62,453 nucleotides of DNA from a virus (lineage: Duplodnaviria > Caudoviricetes). Below the pieces are notes generated by a model. That model was given only the letters and a program-made list of their open reading frames with translations. It made no database searches and was not told the DNA's origin. Below are positions 26,601-35,862 of this stretch, piece after piece; within the stretch, counting starts at the first letter, position 1; every line of letters begins with the position of its first letter. A program made the translations under genes and the position numbers. The stretch covers positions 1-62,453 of IMG/VR virus record IMGVR_UViG_3300022173_000339. The stretch is one strand, 5' to 3'.

Positions 26601-27438
26601 TCGCGGGGACCAAGGTCAAGAAGTCGAAGGCCTCGACGTATGTCGTCGGCATCGGCACGGCCACGACCTTGGTCAGCGTCGTCAGCAGGGAGTAGCCAGC
26701 GCCGTCCACGTCCTTCCAGATTTCGAGCTTGTCGCCCGTGGCGTAGGCGTTGGGGTCGGCCCAGGACAGGGTGACCTCGTTGTCGACGCGGACGGGTGCC
26801 GCCTGCGTCTGGGCGGTCCAGGCGCTGGCGACCGTGGCCGTTCCCGTGTTGGACAGGGCCGTGGTCTGGAACTTGTTCTGGATCGAGACCTTATAGGCGT
26901 AGGCGTGCCCCTTGGGCGTGGCGACCGTGGTCCAGGAGGTGCCGGTCGGCAGCGTCACGACCGTTCCCGTCGGCAGCACCAGCGTGTGGCCGTCGCGGAT
27001 CACCGTCGTGTCGAAGAGGACGACGGCCAGGGTCGGCGCCGTCACCGGGTCGAATCCAGGCGTCGTGTGCATCGTGACCAGGACGGGCACGGCGGCGGGG
27101 AAGTCGACCTCGGAGCCGTCGGGAAGCGTCACCGTCGGCCCGATGACGAACATGACGTTGTCGTTCAGGGTGGGGACGATGCCGCCCGTGACCTGATTGT
27201 GGATCAGGAGGAATGGAGAGCCGTCGACCGAGCGCTCGATGTGGTAGGTGTAGTCGAAGAAGTCGGCGCCCGCGTTCGTGTCCGTGATCGCGATGGCGAG
27301 GTTGGTGCCGCCGTTGGTGACGCCGGTGATGGTCGGCGCCGCCAGCACCTGGAAGGTGTCGACGGCGTTGGCGTTGCCCGTCTGGTCGGTGTGAAGCGAC
27401 CAGCGAACTCCGGTCCGGCGGGGTCTGATAGCGCTCAT
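23605..27438 (-). CDS. large tail protein with tandem fibronectin type III domains
   Basis: Repeated LxWTD...IERS...Y.D...YxYRV units; C-terminal propeller-like region. Confidence 0.75.
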   Translation of the reverse strand: MSAIRPRRTGVRWSLHTDQTGNANAVDTFQVLAAPTITGVTNGGTNLAIAITDTNAGADFFDYTYHIERSVDGSPFLLIHNQVTGGIVPTLNDNVMFVIGPTVTLPDGSEVDFPAAVPVLVTMHTTPGFDPVTAPTLAVVLFDTTVIRDGHTLVLPTGTVVTLPTGTSWTTVATPKGHAYAYKVSIQNKFQTTALSNTGTATVASAWTAQTQAAPVRVDNEVTLSWADPNAYATGDKLEIWKDVDGAGYSLLTTLTKVVAVPMPTTYVEAFDFLTLVPATYSYKLRAVSGGISPQDTGAFSNVQSLVVNFTLSQLTALTATPALGDTQIDLAWTDPNPPLNEAGIYIDRAIGTGGQFQRLTTVAPGTLAYSDVFTTVPGQTYQYRVTPFNSLHPGPVSATASATTALLTPTISSLEQLADVGVRVFWTDANAHATGYTLESSVNGSPFAVVGSPAGSARQFDDFVTLVIGDVVVYRIKAFNASVIGSFSAEVTLIVHRTLVAPTNVTPTFVRFGVVSVGWTGLNSGNRGVSLFRSINGGTLTLLATLPKDARTYNDLFQTIPGQVYAYQVQDFNNQETGPASQIGVTSSPLDGPVSLQIAATVPPDHVTLQWTAFTLPQSTNEDYISVERSFAGGAFSEIGRVPFGGSPTFFAQTSGGVPGDIVSFRVRKVKLAYTIFGTVIVPANLGEYSQTVATVASLSVPTAVIVTRSVAGVNHIAWTDTNTLATGFRVFRQTTIGGIASPLIQVGTVNSGSIKFFDDTVDSTAAETFTYSVLAFNAQTTSIYSGYGTLTTRFNAPRLELSQPTRTIITIDWATTIGTGLAGDKLQLLRSLNGAPATVIAVFNMPFFSGFLYSDTPVAVGDEIVYSARYFSTTELGPTSTPLSITVGDVVNTPLGNIRQTRIHGARNKFVQREVFAVGASGIAKISFDVNNDPVVTSSSDPAFGNSMSGISGDQTRFMVFTGPGLSQAVLVDAASLAVLATSTLSFTDLYTYGGGAFTFGSAQIDYYPGVESANYTDGATGDYSGWGLVNFTPILNMNPNFPLRLVPWTSNLSAINLSSFYVNGSTSGQTTVATPFSLASILPLRLENLNGDCAFCVNPNGNFTTIYRARRSQNDYVKLVDIPGRVMDIVSDGVAKLLAVTLRGEIYLIDMQFNPVSPAFNIIGRLPGTPINANGDLIDPAVDFMSMELMASRKIAVAVGTHTNQTKFAGGFQSKSMIYVFDAPGVLTTIGALSLNKTINSIEKIRGLAFDGRKYLYATSNDNAFRLIRFDAGF

Positions 27439-28052
27439 GGTCCCACGATCTCCTGCTGAAAGGTGAGCGCCAGGAACTGGTGAGCCGGGCGCACGAACTC
27501 CAGCGCGGCGGGGACGAAGTGCAGGAACTCGATGTCCCGCTCGTCTCCGACGCTCACGACCTGCACCTGCGATCCGAACTGGTCGAAACCGAGTTGACGA
27601 AGGAGGCGACCGGGCATCAGAACCGTGTTCACCCCGTTCCAGACGTTGCCCGGCGCCGTGCTATTCAGAGTGAAGAACGTGGCCGGGTCCGGGCCGATGA
27701 AGTTTCCCGAGTCGTTGTAGAAGTCGCGGATCACGATCTGCGCCGTCGGAGCGAAGGCCAAGACCGTCTCCTTCACCGATTTCCGCGTCGGAGCCTTGAT
27801 CCTCGCCGCGATCAGGCCGAGGAGGATGCTCCGATACTGGTCGACGGTGAAGCTCGGGTCGAACGCGACCTCAAGCAGGGTGCCCCAGTTGTCCTGGAGC
27901 GTGTCGGGCCGCGCCGTCGCGATGTTGCGGTCGGCGCTGACGCGATCGACCTCGCTCTGGGCGTCCTCCATCTGGACGGCCAGGAGGTAGACCTGGAGGA
28001 GGATGTTCGAGGTCGTCAGGACCTGAGGCGTCAGGTTTCTCGGCAGGCTCAT
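27435..28052 (-). CDS. baseplate wedge protein (P2 gpI/Mu gp48-like)
   Basis: TARPDTLQDNWG...DQYRSIL...VRPAH. Confidence 0.7.
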   Translation of the reverse strand: MSLPRNLTPQVLTTSNILLQVYLLAVQMEDAQSEVDRVSADRNIATARPDTLQDNWGTLLEVAFDPSFTVDQYRSILLGLIAARIKAPTRKSVKETVLAFAPTAQIVIRDFYNDSGNFIGPDPATFFTLNSTAPGNVWNGVNTVLMPGRLLRQLGFDQFGSQVQVVSVGDERDIEFLHFVPAALEFVRPAHQFLALTFQQEIVGP

Positions 28053-28056
28053 AGGC

Positions 28057-28881
28057 TTAGAGGAACGCTCCGGGTTCTCCGATCATGAGGCTCCACTTCA
28101 GGACGAGCGGCACGTCCGCGTCCTTGAGCAACTGAGGCGAGATCGCGAGGAACGCGACGAAGTCTGGGCCCATCTTGACCCCGAGTTCGCCGATGGCGCC
28201 GGTGCCGATCCCGGCCGGGAACGTGAACTGCGCGTAGATCGCGTTCGTCCGGTTGGCGTTGACGGCCTGGGCCCAGTCGATGAAGTCGGTCGGCGCGTCG
28301 GAGACCACGGTCGCGACCGTGTTGAACATGGCGGGGAAAGTCTGGAGCATCGTGACATCGCCGTCGAGGCCGACGTAGCAGACGGCCTGGCGGTCGGAGA
28401 CCGTGACGCCGAGGTTTACCAGCAGCGCCGGGTTCGGGTCGGAGATGCTGTTGTTCGAGATGACGGCGACGGCCAAGTTCCCCGGCTGAGCCGAGTCGTA
28501 GACGGCGTAGACGTGGTTGAACTTGCCCGACAGCATCACCGGCGTCTCCATCCACGTCGTGAACTCGGAGAAGAAGTAGTTGGTGCCGTCGTTGCGGGCT
28601 CCGACCGGGATCGACGTGACGCCGTTGATCGGGAAGTCGGAGACGACCTCGATCTCGACGAATCCGGCGAGCGGCACGGTCATGACCAGCGCGCTCTCCT
28701 TGAGCACGATCTGGTTCGACGCCGGTCCGGGCTGGATCAGGATCGTGTTCCCGTTGAGGACCTTGGGCGCGGCCGTGGCCCAGACCGAGTCGTCGGGCAG
28801 GGAGCCCATGGACGCGGTGAAGGACTGCGCCTGGAGCAGCCCGGCCATCACTTCGTTGATCTTTTTGAGCGGTGTAGGCAT
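28057..28881 (-). CDS. tail/baseplate structural protein
   Basis: C-terminal AIGELGV...LKWSL resembles 22783-23595. Confidence 0.6.
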   Translation of the reverse strand: MPTPLKKINEVMAGLLQAQSFTASMGSLPDDSVWATAAPKVLNGNTILIQPGPASNQIVLKESALVMTVPLAGFVEIEVVSDFPINGVTSIPVGARNDGTNYFFSEFTTWMETPVMLSGKFNHVYAVYDSAQPGNLAVAVISNNSISDPNPALLVNLGVTVSDRQAVCYVGLDGDVTMLQTFPAMFNTVATVVSDAPTDFIDWAQAVNANRTNAIYAQFTFPAGIGTGAIGELGVKMGPDFVAFLAISPQLLKDADVPLVLKWSLMIGEPGAFL

Positions 28882-28890
28882 ATTTTCCTC

Positions 28891-31800
28891 TTAGAACGAC
28901 GAGATGGCCTCGCGCGCGACGTGGCCGCTGAAGCTGCTGAAGTAGATGTAGGTCCCGTCCGTCTTGACGCCGGAGTAGGCCGCACCGCTGCCGAAGTGGA
29001 ACTGGCTGATCGCCGAGGTGAAGGCCAGGGGCGAGACCGCGACCTTCATCAGGCTGTTGAACGTGCCGTTCACGAGCGAATTCTGACGGTGGGCGAGGTA
29101 GATCGAGCCGCTGTGATACATCATGAACGACTGCGTGAAGGTTCCGAGGTTGGCCGTCTCCGTCGCGTAGGCCATGGGCCCGGTCGTGAACTTCGCGATC
29201 CGACCGGCCGAGCCGTTGGCGCCCAGGACGTAGAGGTTGGAGCCGTCGTTCGCGATCGGTCCTGGGCTCGTCAACGTCGTGATCCCCACGGTCTCGACCA
29301 CGGCCAGCGTCGAGGCCAGGACCCGGTAGATGCTGGTCGTGCCCAGGTTGCTGTTCGCGATCGTGACGTAGATGCTGCCGCCGAAGGCCGTGGCCGATCT
29401 CGATCCGACGCTGGCCCCGAATGACGCGCCGACCAGGATCACCGACATCGTCGTCGGGTTGAAGTGCGTGACCTTGACCGACCCGACCGGGCCCATAACG
29501 GCCCAGCAGTCGGTGCCGTCAGTGGCCATCGCGCCGATGCCGACGCCGGTGGTGAGCGCGAGGCTGCTGCTGAGCAGCATCGTCGCCGGGTCGATCTTGA
29601 GGATGCGGCCGTTGGACTCGCCCTGGTCGGTGATGAGCGCGTAGATGAAGCCGCCGAACTCGATCGCGTCGTGGATGGTCATGAACGTGCCGACCGCCGG
29701 GTAGACCGAGAGGTTCTGGGCCCGGACCGACGAGTCGGCCAGTGTGATCCGGCTGAGGATGATATCCGTGCTCCCCGGGTTGAGCGCGACGGTGTAGGCG
29801 TAGGACCCGATGAGGAAGACGCCGCCGTTTCCGCTCGTGATCGTCCCGAGCTTGACTTCGCGCAAGACCGGCGCCAGGCTGAGCGCGCCTCCCTGGATCG
29901 GCGAGTCCGCCGAGCTTCCACCGGGGCCGCTGGCGAATATCTTGTCGTAGCGGACCTGGCTGTTGCCGAACGCGGTCGCGTCGTGGTAGCCGGTGACGAG
30001 GCCGACGTTGAAGCTCACGGGGTAGCTCACGCTGTTGTCCGTGCTGCGCTTGACCGTATAGTCGGTGACGATGCCGCCGCCGACGCCGGGGGTCCAGCCG
30101 ACGAACGCGCCCTCCCAACCGGCCTCCCAGAAGACGCCGGTGGGCACAGCCGGGGGCGCGTCGACCTGGATCACGTTGGAGTAGGCGCCGGGCGCGTGGA
30201 CGATGCTGGGGAAGCTCAGGCTCGGCCCGTTTCGCTGCTCGGCGCGCACGCGGTAGAAATAGGGGTAGGACGTGGCCGTGGTGTCGACCATCGTCACCTG
30301 CTGGTTGGCCCTGGTGCTCGGGTTGTAGGTGAAGGCGCCGCCCACGGGCGTGCCGTCGGGCTGGGCGTTGTCCGGGATCATCGAGCGGGCCGCGACCTGG
30401 GTCCAGCCGGTCAGGCCGTCGGGGGACCGGTAGAGGAAGAGGACGTGCGGGCGGTTGGTCACCGTGTTGATCGGCGCGCCCAGCGAGATTTCCCCGTCGT
30501 CGAAGTGGACGGTGACGTTGGCGCCGACGACAGTGGTCAGCAGCAGGTTAGTGCAGTCCCCGAGCGGCGGCGTCAGGTAGGGCGCGGTCCACGTCGCCTC
30601 GGCCGAGGGCGCGGACTCGCCGACCGAGTTGAAGGTCTTGACCCGGTAGCGCAGGACATCGCCCGAGGAGAAGGAGGGGAGGTGGCTGCTGTTCACGGAG
30701 AAGCCGTTGCCGAAGTATTCGCGGCCGACCTCGGAGAACGCCCCGGCGTTGACCGCCTGTTCGATGAGGAAGGCGTTTCCGTCGCCGGTCGGGTCCCAGC
30801 CGAGGCCGATGCGCGTGTGCGTGTTGTTGAAGTGGGAGCGCAGGTTCGACGGCGGCGCCGCCGGGGTCACGACGGTGAAGGTCTGGGCCCGGTCGGTGAA
30901 GATCGCGAGGTCGGCGGCCAGGGCGTTGGACGGCGTCCCGTCGTCGACGACGGCGATCCGCGCCGCGTCCACGTCGATGCTGGCGGTTCCGCGCGCGATG
31001 TGCTCGATCGAGGTCGATCCGGGGACGAAGCGCGCCAGGTGGGCGTCGCCCACGACGTAGAGGCGGCTGTCCGGGCCGAGTTTTAGCATCGTCGGCAGGT
31101 AGTTGGGCGAGACCAGAGTGCTGAACGGCAGGGGTGTGACCTCGACGGGGAAAAGCGCGGGAAGGCCGTCGAAAGTGCCCTCCTGGAGCTTGACGACCTT
31201 GCCGTTGTCGGCCAGGGCGATCGTGTAGTAGAAGCCGCCGAAGCGGACGAGCGAGTTCTTCCCCTGGAAATCCTCGTCCGGCGTGTTCATGCACATGATG
31301 GTCGAGAAGTTGCCGAGGTCGGACATGTCCGACTTCTTCGTCTTGCGGTGGAAGACCACGTTCTCCATGATCAGGTTCACGCCGAGGTCGGGCGACCCGG
31401 CCTGGATGTCGTTGCCCGGGCCGTCCCCGGCGATGATCCGCGATGTCTGGGTCATGAGGTTTGTCCCGTCGTCGCCCGGCACGTCGTGGGCGATCACGCT
31501 CTCGCCCAGGGCGCCGTTCGCGATGCTGATCTCGCTGCCGACGAGGAGGAACGTCGTCGGGTTGATCTTGGACAGACGGGTGTCCGAGCCTGTGGTCCTG
31601 ACGGCGAAGAGGTTCGTCCCGTCCGAGTGCAGGGCGTTGGGCACCGTCGCGTAGGTCAGGATGTCGGTGCGGGCGCTCAAGTCTTTGGCGTAGCGGCTGA
31701 GCTTGATCGTCGTGTCGCCCATGACCTGCGAGACGAAGAGCCAGTTCGTGTCTTGCTCCATGAAGTAGACGCGGCCGGACGTGGGGCTCGTCGACGACGA

Positions 31801-32316
31801 GAGGACGATCGAGGTCCCGTTTGTGATGTCGAAGCGGGCCAGCGTCTTGGTGTTGACCGGCGGCGGGACGTAGTTTCCGAGGTAGAGGAAGTCGCCGTCG
31901 AGGAGCAGCATCTGGAGGTCGTTCTGCATCGAAAAGCGGGAGAAAAGGGTCGGGTGGACCAGGACGTTGTTGATCGTCAGGGTCGGCGAGTAGGTCTCGT
32001 CGCGCTCAACCGTGATCTCGGGAGGGAAGAACTGGACCTGGACCGTGTTCTGGCCCGGGTTGAGCAGGATCGACCACGACCAGTTGCCGTCGGCGTCGGC
32101 CACGATGTCCGGCACCGGAGACTGGTCGAGCCCGTTGACGAAGATTTTGACAACGGACAGTGGCACGACCGTGCCCCTGATCGCGACGGGCGCCAGGCGC
32201 GGGATCATGAACTCGGGGTCCACGTTGTAAATCTGCTTGGGCAGCAGGCTGGCCATCACGTTGAAGAACGTGTTGGCGCGCTCGGGCAAGACCACGACTG
32301 CGTTCAGGGTCGCCAT
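28891..32316 (-). CDS. large tail protein: Ig-like, beta-propeller-like and FN3 domains
   Basis: ADADGNWS...LNPGQNTV Ig motif; repeated DGxxLY blades; YRVKTFNSVGES FN3. Confidence 0.7.
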   Translation of the reverse strand: MATLNAVVVLPERANTFFNVMASLLPKQIYNVDPEFMIPRLAPVAIRGTVVPLSVVKIFVNGLDQSPVPDIVADADGNWSWSILLNPGQNTVQVQFFPPEITVERDETYSPTLTINNVLVHPTLFSRFSMQNDLQMLLLDGDFLYLGNYVPPPVNTKTLARFDITNGTSIVLSSSTSPTSGRVYFMEQDTNWLFVSQVMGDTTIKLSRYAKDLSARTDILTYATVPNALHSDGTNLFAVRTTGSDTRLSKINPTTFLLVGSEISIANGALGESVIAHDVPGDDGTNLMTQTSRIIAGDGPGNDIQAGSPDLGVNLIMENVVFHRKTKKSDMSDLGNFSTIMCMNTPDEDFQGKNSLVRFGGFYYTIALADNGKVVKLQEGTFDGLPALFPVEVTPLPFSTLVSPNYLPTMLKLGPDSRLYVVGDAHLARFVPGSTSIEHIARGTASIDVDAARIAVVDDGTPSNALAADLAIFTDRAQTFTVVTPAAPPSNLRSHFNNTHTRIGLGWDPTGDGNAFLIEQAVNAGAFSEVGREYFGNGFSVNSSHLPSFSSGDVLRYRVKTFNSVGESAPSAEATWTAPYLTPPLGDCTNLLLTTVVGANVTVHFDDGEISLGAPINTVTNRPHVLFLYRSPDGLTGWTQVAARSMIPDNAQPDGTPVGGAFTYNPSTRANQQVTMVDTTATSYPYFYRVRAEQRNGPSLSFPSIVHAPGAYSNVIQVDAPPAVPTGVFWEAGWEGAFVGWTPGVGGGIVTDYTVKRSTDNSVSYPVSFNVGLVTGYHDATAFGNSQVRYDKIFASGPGGSSADSPIQGGALSLAPVLREVKLGTITSGNGGVFLIGSYAYTVALNPGSTDIILSRITLADSSVRAQNLSVYPAVGTFMTIHDAIEFGGFIYALITDQGESNGRILKIDPATMLLSSSLALTTGVGIGAMATDGTDCWAVMGPVGSVKVTHFNPTTMSVILVGASFGASVGSRSATAFGGSIYVTIANSNLGTTSIYRVLASTLAVVETVGITTLTSPGPIANDGSNLYVLGANGSAGRIAKFTTGPMAYATETANLGTFTQSFMMYHSGSIYLAHRQNSLVNGTFNSLMKVAVSPLAFTSAISQFHFGSGAAYSGVKTDGTYIYFSSFSGHVAREAISSF

Positions 32317-32317
32317 G

Positions 32318-33934
32318 TTATTTAGCCAGCTTCACCGTCACGGTCCCGGCCGTGGGGAACTCGTTGCGACCGAGGAACACGGTCGCGGCCGTGGCCTCCC
32401 CGCGCCTGGCCAGCAGGTCGAGGGGCCGAACGTCGTCGACTCCCAGCGTCTCTTTCACCAGGTCAAAGATCGTCGCGTATCTGATCTCGCTGCCGAGCTT
32501 GAGATTGTCGATGTATCCGGCGACGGCGTCGACGATCGCGGCCTCGACCTTGTCGAAGTCGTTGCCCGCGACGAGCACGATCGAGCAGCCCACGTCGACC
32601 GGGACCTGAGCGGCCGTCCTCGTCAGGAAGTCGCGCGCGGGGACCGCGTTCTCGTCGTCGTCGGCGAAGAACGCCTGGATATCTTCGAGCACGCCGTTGC
32701 TGACGTAGCCGATGGTCAGGCTGTCTCCGGCCGTGGCGCCGCCGATGATCATGACCGCGTCCTGGGCCGACGTGCTGCCCGCGAGGTCGCCCACGTCGCG
32801 GACCAGGAGGTAGTTCGACGCCGAGATCGGGAGCACCGTCGTGTTGTTGAACACGCTGGAGATCGAGAGCACCGGCTGGTGGACGAACACGACGTTCGCT
32901 CCGCTGTAGAGCACGTCGTCGGACTGGACGCGGCCGACCCCGGCCTCAGCCTGGATGTAGAGGTCGACCTTGCCGCCGATGCCTCCGCCGCGAATCAGCA
33001 GCGGGTCTCCGGCGCCGACCACGAGCGCGTCGATCACGTTGGTGAAGTTGAGCGCGCGGCTCCTGATGCCACGGAAGGTCACGGCGTCGCTCGCGATGAA
33101 GCTGGCCTTGATCCTGATCGCGAAGTCGGCGTCGGCCTCCTGGTCGCGCCCGCCCGTCGTCGGGTTCGGGTTGGTCACGACGGAGATGCCGAGGATCGCC
33201 GTGCTGAGGAGGACGATCGAGCCGGAGCCGACGTTCCCGGCCGAGCCCGAGACCTCGGCCTCGATCGGCACCGTCACCGAGTTCTGGCCGGGGAATATCG
33301 TTCCGTCCGCGAGCGTCCTGAAGAAGACGCTGGTCTGGGTCGTGGTCGACAGGGTGGCGACCCGGGTGCCGACCGGGACCAGGATCGGCGCGATCGCGAT
33401 CGCTGACGATCCGAAGGTGACGCTGCCGGTCGCGATCGTGGAGCCTCCGCGCACGACGCTGAAGTTCGCGGCGAAGTCGTCGAGTTCCGTGCCCTGGAAG
33501 CTGCTCAGGTTGTTCAGCGACTGGATGAGGCTCACGCGCTGGATCGCGGAGTAGACCGTGGCCAAGGGGTTGGCCGGGAGGTCGATGAAGAGGTTGCGCG
33601 TGACCGAGCCCGGCTGCGTCGACGCCGCAGGCTGGAGCGCGCGCATGTTCACGTCCATCTCGCTGCTGATCTGGGCGAAGTCCTTGAACGAGGTCTCAGC
33701 CTGGAACGTGTAGACCACGAAGTAGGGCTGGCCCGTCTGGGGCTCGCGGCCGGTCGGCGACCAGTCGATCTCGCCGTCCGTCAGCTTGTAGTCGACGACG
33801 GCGTTGAAGTCCGAGGTCGACGGCTGGAGACCGACCTGAACGATGGTCAGGGCCGTGAACGTCAGGACATCCGCCGTGTTCGGCTGGCCCTTGATGACTC
33901 GCTCGGTGATCTGGCTGATGACGGGAATGGGCAT
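32318..33934 (-). CDS. baseplate J-like wedge protein
   Basis: ELDDFA...R...ATGSVTF, VPVGT, VPIEA...GSAGNV, TGGRDQEADADFAIR, GKVDLYI, GVDDV. Confidence 0.9.
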   Translation of the reverse strand: MPIPVISQITERVIKGQPNTADVLTFTALTIVQVGLQPSTSDFNAVVDYKLTDGEIDWSPTGREPQTGQPYFVVYTFQAETSFKDFAQISSEMDVNMRALQPAASTQPGSVTRNLFIDLPANPLATVYSAIQRVSLIQSLNNLSSFQGTELDDFAANFSVVRGGSTIATGSVTFGSSAIAIAPILVPVGTRVATLSTTTQTSVFFRTLADGTIFPGQNSVTVPIEAEVSGSAGNVGSGSIVLLSTAILGISVVTNPNPTTGGRDQEADADFAIRIKASFIASDAVTFRGIRSRALNFTNVIDALVVGAGDPLLIRGGGIGGKVDLYIQAEAGVGRVQSDDVLYSGANVVFVHQPVLSISSVFNNTTVLPISASNYLLVRDVGDLAGSTSAQDAVMIIGGATAGDSLTIGYVSNGVLEDIQAFFADDDENAVPARDFLTRTAAQVPVDVGCSIVLVAGNDFDKVEAAIVDAVAGYIDNLKLGSEIRYATIFDLVKETLGVDDVRPLDLLARRGEATAATVFLGRNEFPTAGTVTVKLAK

Positions 33935-33947
33935 ATAGTTGAGTCTC

Positions 33948-34367
33948 CTACCGGGAAAGGTTGAAGGCGAAGATCGTTCGCAGTCCTCCGACTGTGGTGA
34001 CCGAAAGCTGGATGTTGATGCGGCCGAACGACGGCTGACTGACGGCGACGGCGTCGACCGAGCCGATGACCTCCTGGAAGCTCATCGACTGCTTCGTGCC
34101 CTGGACCAACTGGAGCGACTGGAGGAAGACCAAGGCCTCGGACACGTTCTTCGCGATCATCGTCTGCAAGATGTTGAAGTCGAACGGCTGCCCCAGTGCG
34201 TCCTGGAGCTTAGACCCGTATTGGACGGAGCCCAGGTCGGAGCCCTGGCGCGTGATCAGGATTTTCGCGATGTCCTGGGCGAGCTTTTCCTTGTCCACGA
34301 CGAGAATCGGGTTCCCGTCGGGGCCGAAGTTGATGTCGCCGTTCAGAAGCTGGAGGTCGTAGCTCAT
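33948..34367 (-). CDS. baseplate gp25/GPW-like sheath initiator
   Basis: DLQLLNGDI, KLAQDIAKIL, YGS; lies between spike and J. Confidence 0.8.
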   Translation of the reverse strand: MSYDLQLLNGDINFGPDGNPILVVDKEKLAQDIAKILITRQGSDLGSVQYGSKLQDALGQPFDFNILQTMIAKNVSEALVFLQSLQLVQGTKQSMSFQEVIGSVDAVAVSQPSFGRINIQLSVTTVGGLRTIFAFNLSR

Positions 34368-35860
34368 GCAAGCACCGTGAGGTTCCCTGCGTCGATTTTT
34401 CCCGTGATGGTCGCGGGCGGAGTCGGCACCGTCGCCGTGGACAGGGGGATCGCCGGGCCAGTCGGGTTGCCCGGGATCGCCGAGATGTGCGTGTGGACGT
34501 TGTAGGAGGCCTGGATATCGTTGAGAATCACCTGCAAATCGGTCAAAAACGTCATAAAAGTGGGGTCGGTCACGTTATTGATCAGCGTCGCGTCCGTCTT
34601 GCGCGCGACGGGCAGGATTCCTCCGTTGAAGACCACGGCCGTGCCCGTGATGCTGGTCTGCGCGGCCGACACGATCGAGACCGCGCCGGTCGCGCTCAAC
34701 GACCAGGCGCCGCCCACGGTCTTGGTCTCGGCGCCGGTCACGGTCACGACGCTGTCGCCGCCGATCGACACGGTAGAGCCTCCGAGGACGGTGATTCCCA
34801 GCGTGGTGCCGATCGTGATCGTCTTCGAGCCCGTGATTTCCTCGGCATCGTCGCCGCCCACGTCGAGGACGCGGTCTCCCTCGATCGAGGCGACGAGCGA
34901 TCCCGCGCTATAGAGGTGGTCGCCGTCGACGATCTCGGTCAGGGTCGCGGCCTTTACGTTCATCGCGCTCAGGGCGCGGAGAGAGAGTGTCTGAGCCGTG
35001 TGCAGCAGCGTGTCCGCCGCCTGCACCGTCTTGTTCACCATGTTCTCGACCACGTCCTGATTGGTGTTGACCACGCGGGTGTCAGCCACTTCCTCCGACT
35101 GCCCGGCGACGCTGATCGTCCGGTTCTTCGACGACTCGAAGAAGTCGCCGGTGGCCGTCACGTTCCAGTCCCCGGCGTCGGCGACCGTGACGTTTCCGCT
35201 GACGCCGTCGATCACGATCTTGAGCAGGCGCTGGGTGTCGCCGTTGGCGCGGGAGAGGAGGTTGTCTCCCTGGAGGAAGAGCTTTCCGTCCGAGCGCATG
35301 TGCAGCGTCATGCCCAGTAGCAGCTTGTTCAGCTTCTGGATCAGCCCCTGCTCGTCGTTGACGTAGGCGACGGAGTTGCAGTTCGGGCAGCGCTCGACCA
35401 GCGTCGTCGGGTCGATGTTCGCGGTCCAGCCTTCGGTCGGCGTGATCACGTTGCAGATCGAGCACTTGGCGAAGCCGGATACCGTGCGCATGAGGATGTC
35501 GCCCTCGTTCAGTTCGTCGGGGATTCCGAAGACCTGACGCTGGAGCGCGAAGTAGGAGTCGGGGGAAAACGCGTTGTAGGGGTAGTAGCCGATGATGATC
35601 GGCGTCTGCATCGAGCGCAGGCCGACCAAGACCAGAGCCCCGGCCTTAGGGATCGTCCAGACGCCTCCGCCGGGGTAGGCCATCGGCATCGGGATCGGAA
35701 CGCGGGTCTTGCCCGTGCTCTCCTCCAGGAACTCGATCTCGACGACCATGTCCTCGGTGTCGACGGCCGTGATCTTCGCCAGGCGCAGGTTCTTCACCTG
35801 ATCCAAGGCTTCGCGGTTTCCGTGACTGAAGAAGAGGCTGCTGGGGGCTCGGGGTGCCAT
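34364..35860 (-). CDS. central baseplate spike (gp5/gpV-like) with Zn-ribbon insertion
   Basis: Starts MAPRAPSS; OB-fold (AKITAVD...PKAGALVLVG), beta-helix repeats, C-terminal HTH metal-binding tip motif (NVHTH); CSIC...CPNC. Confidence 0.8.
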   Translation of the reverse strand: MAPRAPSSLFFSHGNREALDQVKNLRLAKITAVDTEDMVVEIEFLEESTGKTRVPIPMPMAYPGGGVWTIPKAGALVLVGLRSMQTPIIIGYYPYNAFSPDSYFALQRQVFGIPDELNEGDILMRTVSGFAKCSICNVITPTEGWTANIDPTTLVERCPNCNSVAYVNDEQGLIQKLNKLLLGMTLHMRSDGKLFLQGDNLLSRANGDTQRLLKIVIDGVSGNVTVADAGDWNVTATGDFFESSKNRTISVAGQSEEVADTRVVNTNQDVVENMVNKTVQAADTLLHTAQTLSLRALSAMNVKAATLTEIVDGDHLYSAGSLVASIEGDRVLDVGGDDAEEITGSKTITIGTTLGITVLGGSTVSIGGDSVVTVTGAETKTVGGAWSLSATGAVSIVSAAQTSITGTAVVFNGGILPVARKTDATLINNVTDPTFMTFLTDLQVILNDIQASYNVHTHISAIPGNPTGPAIPLSTATVPTPPATITGKIDAGNLTVLA

Positions 35861-35862
35861 AA

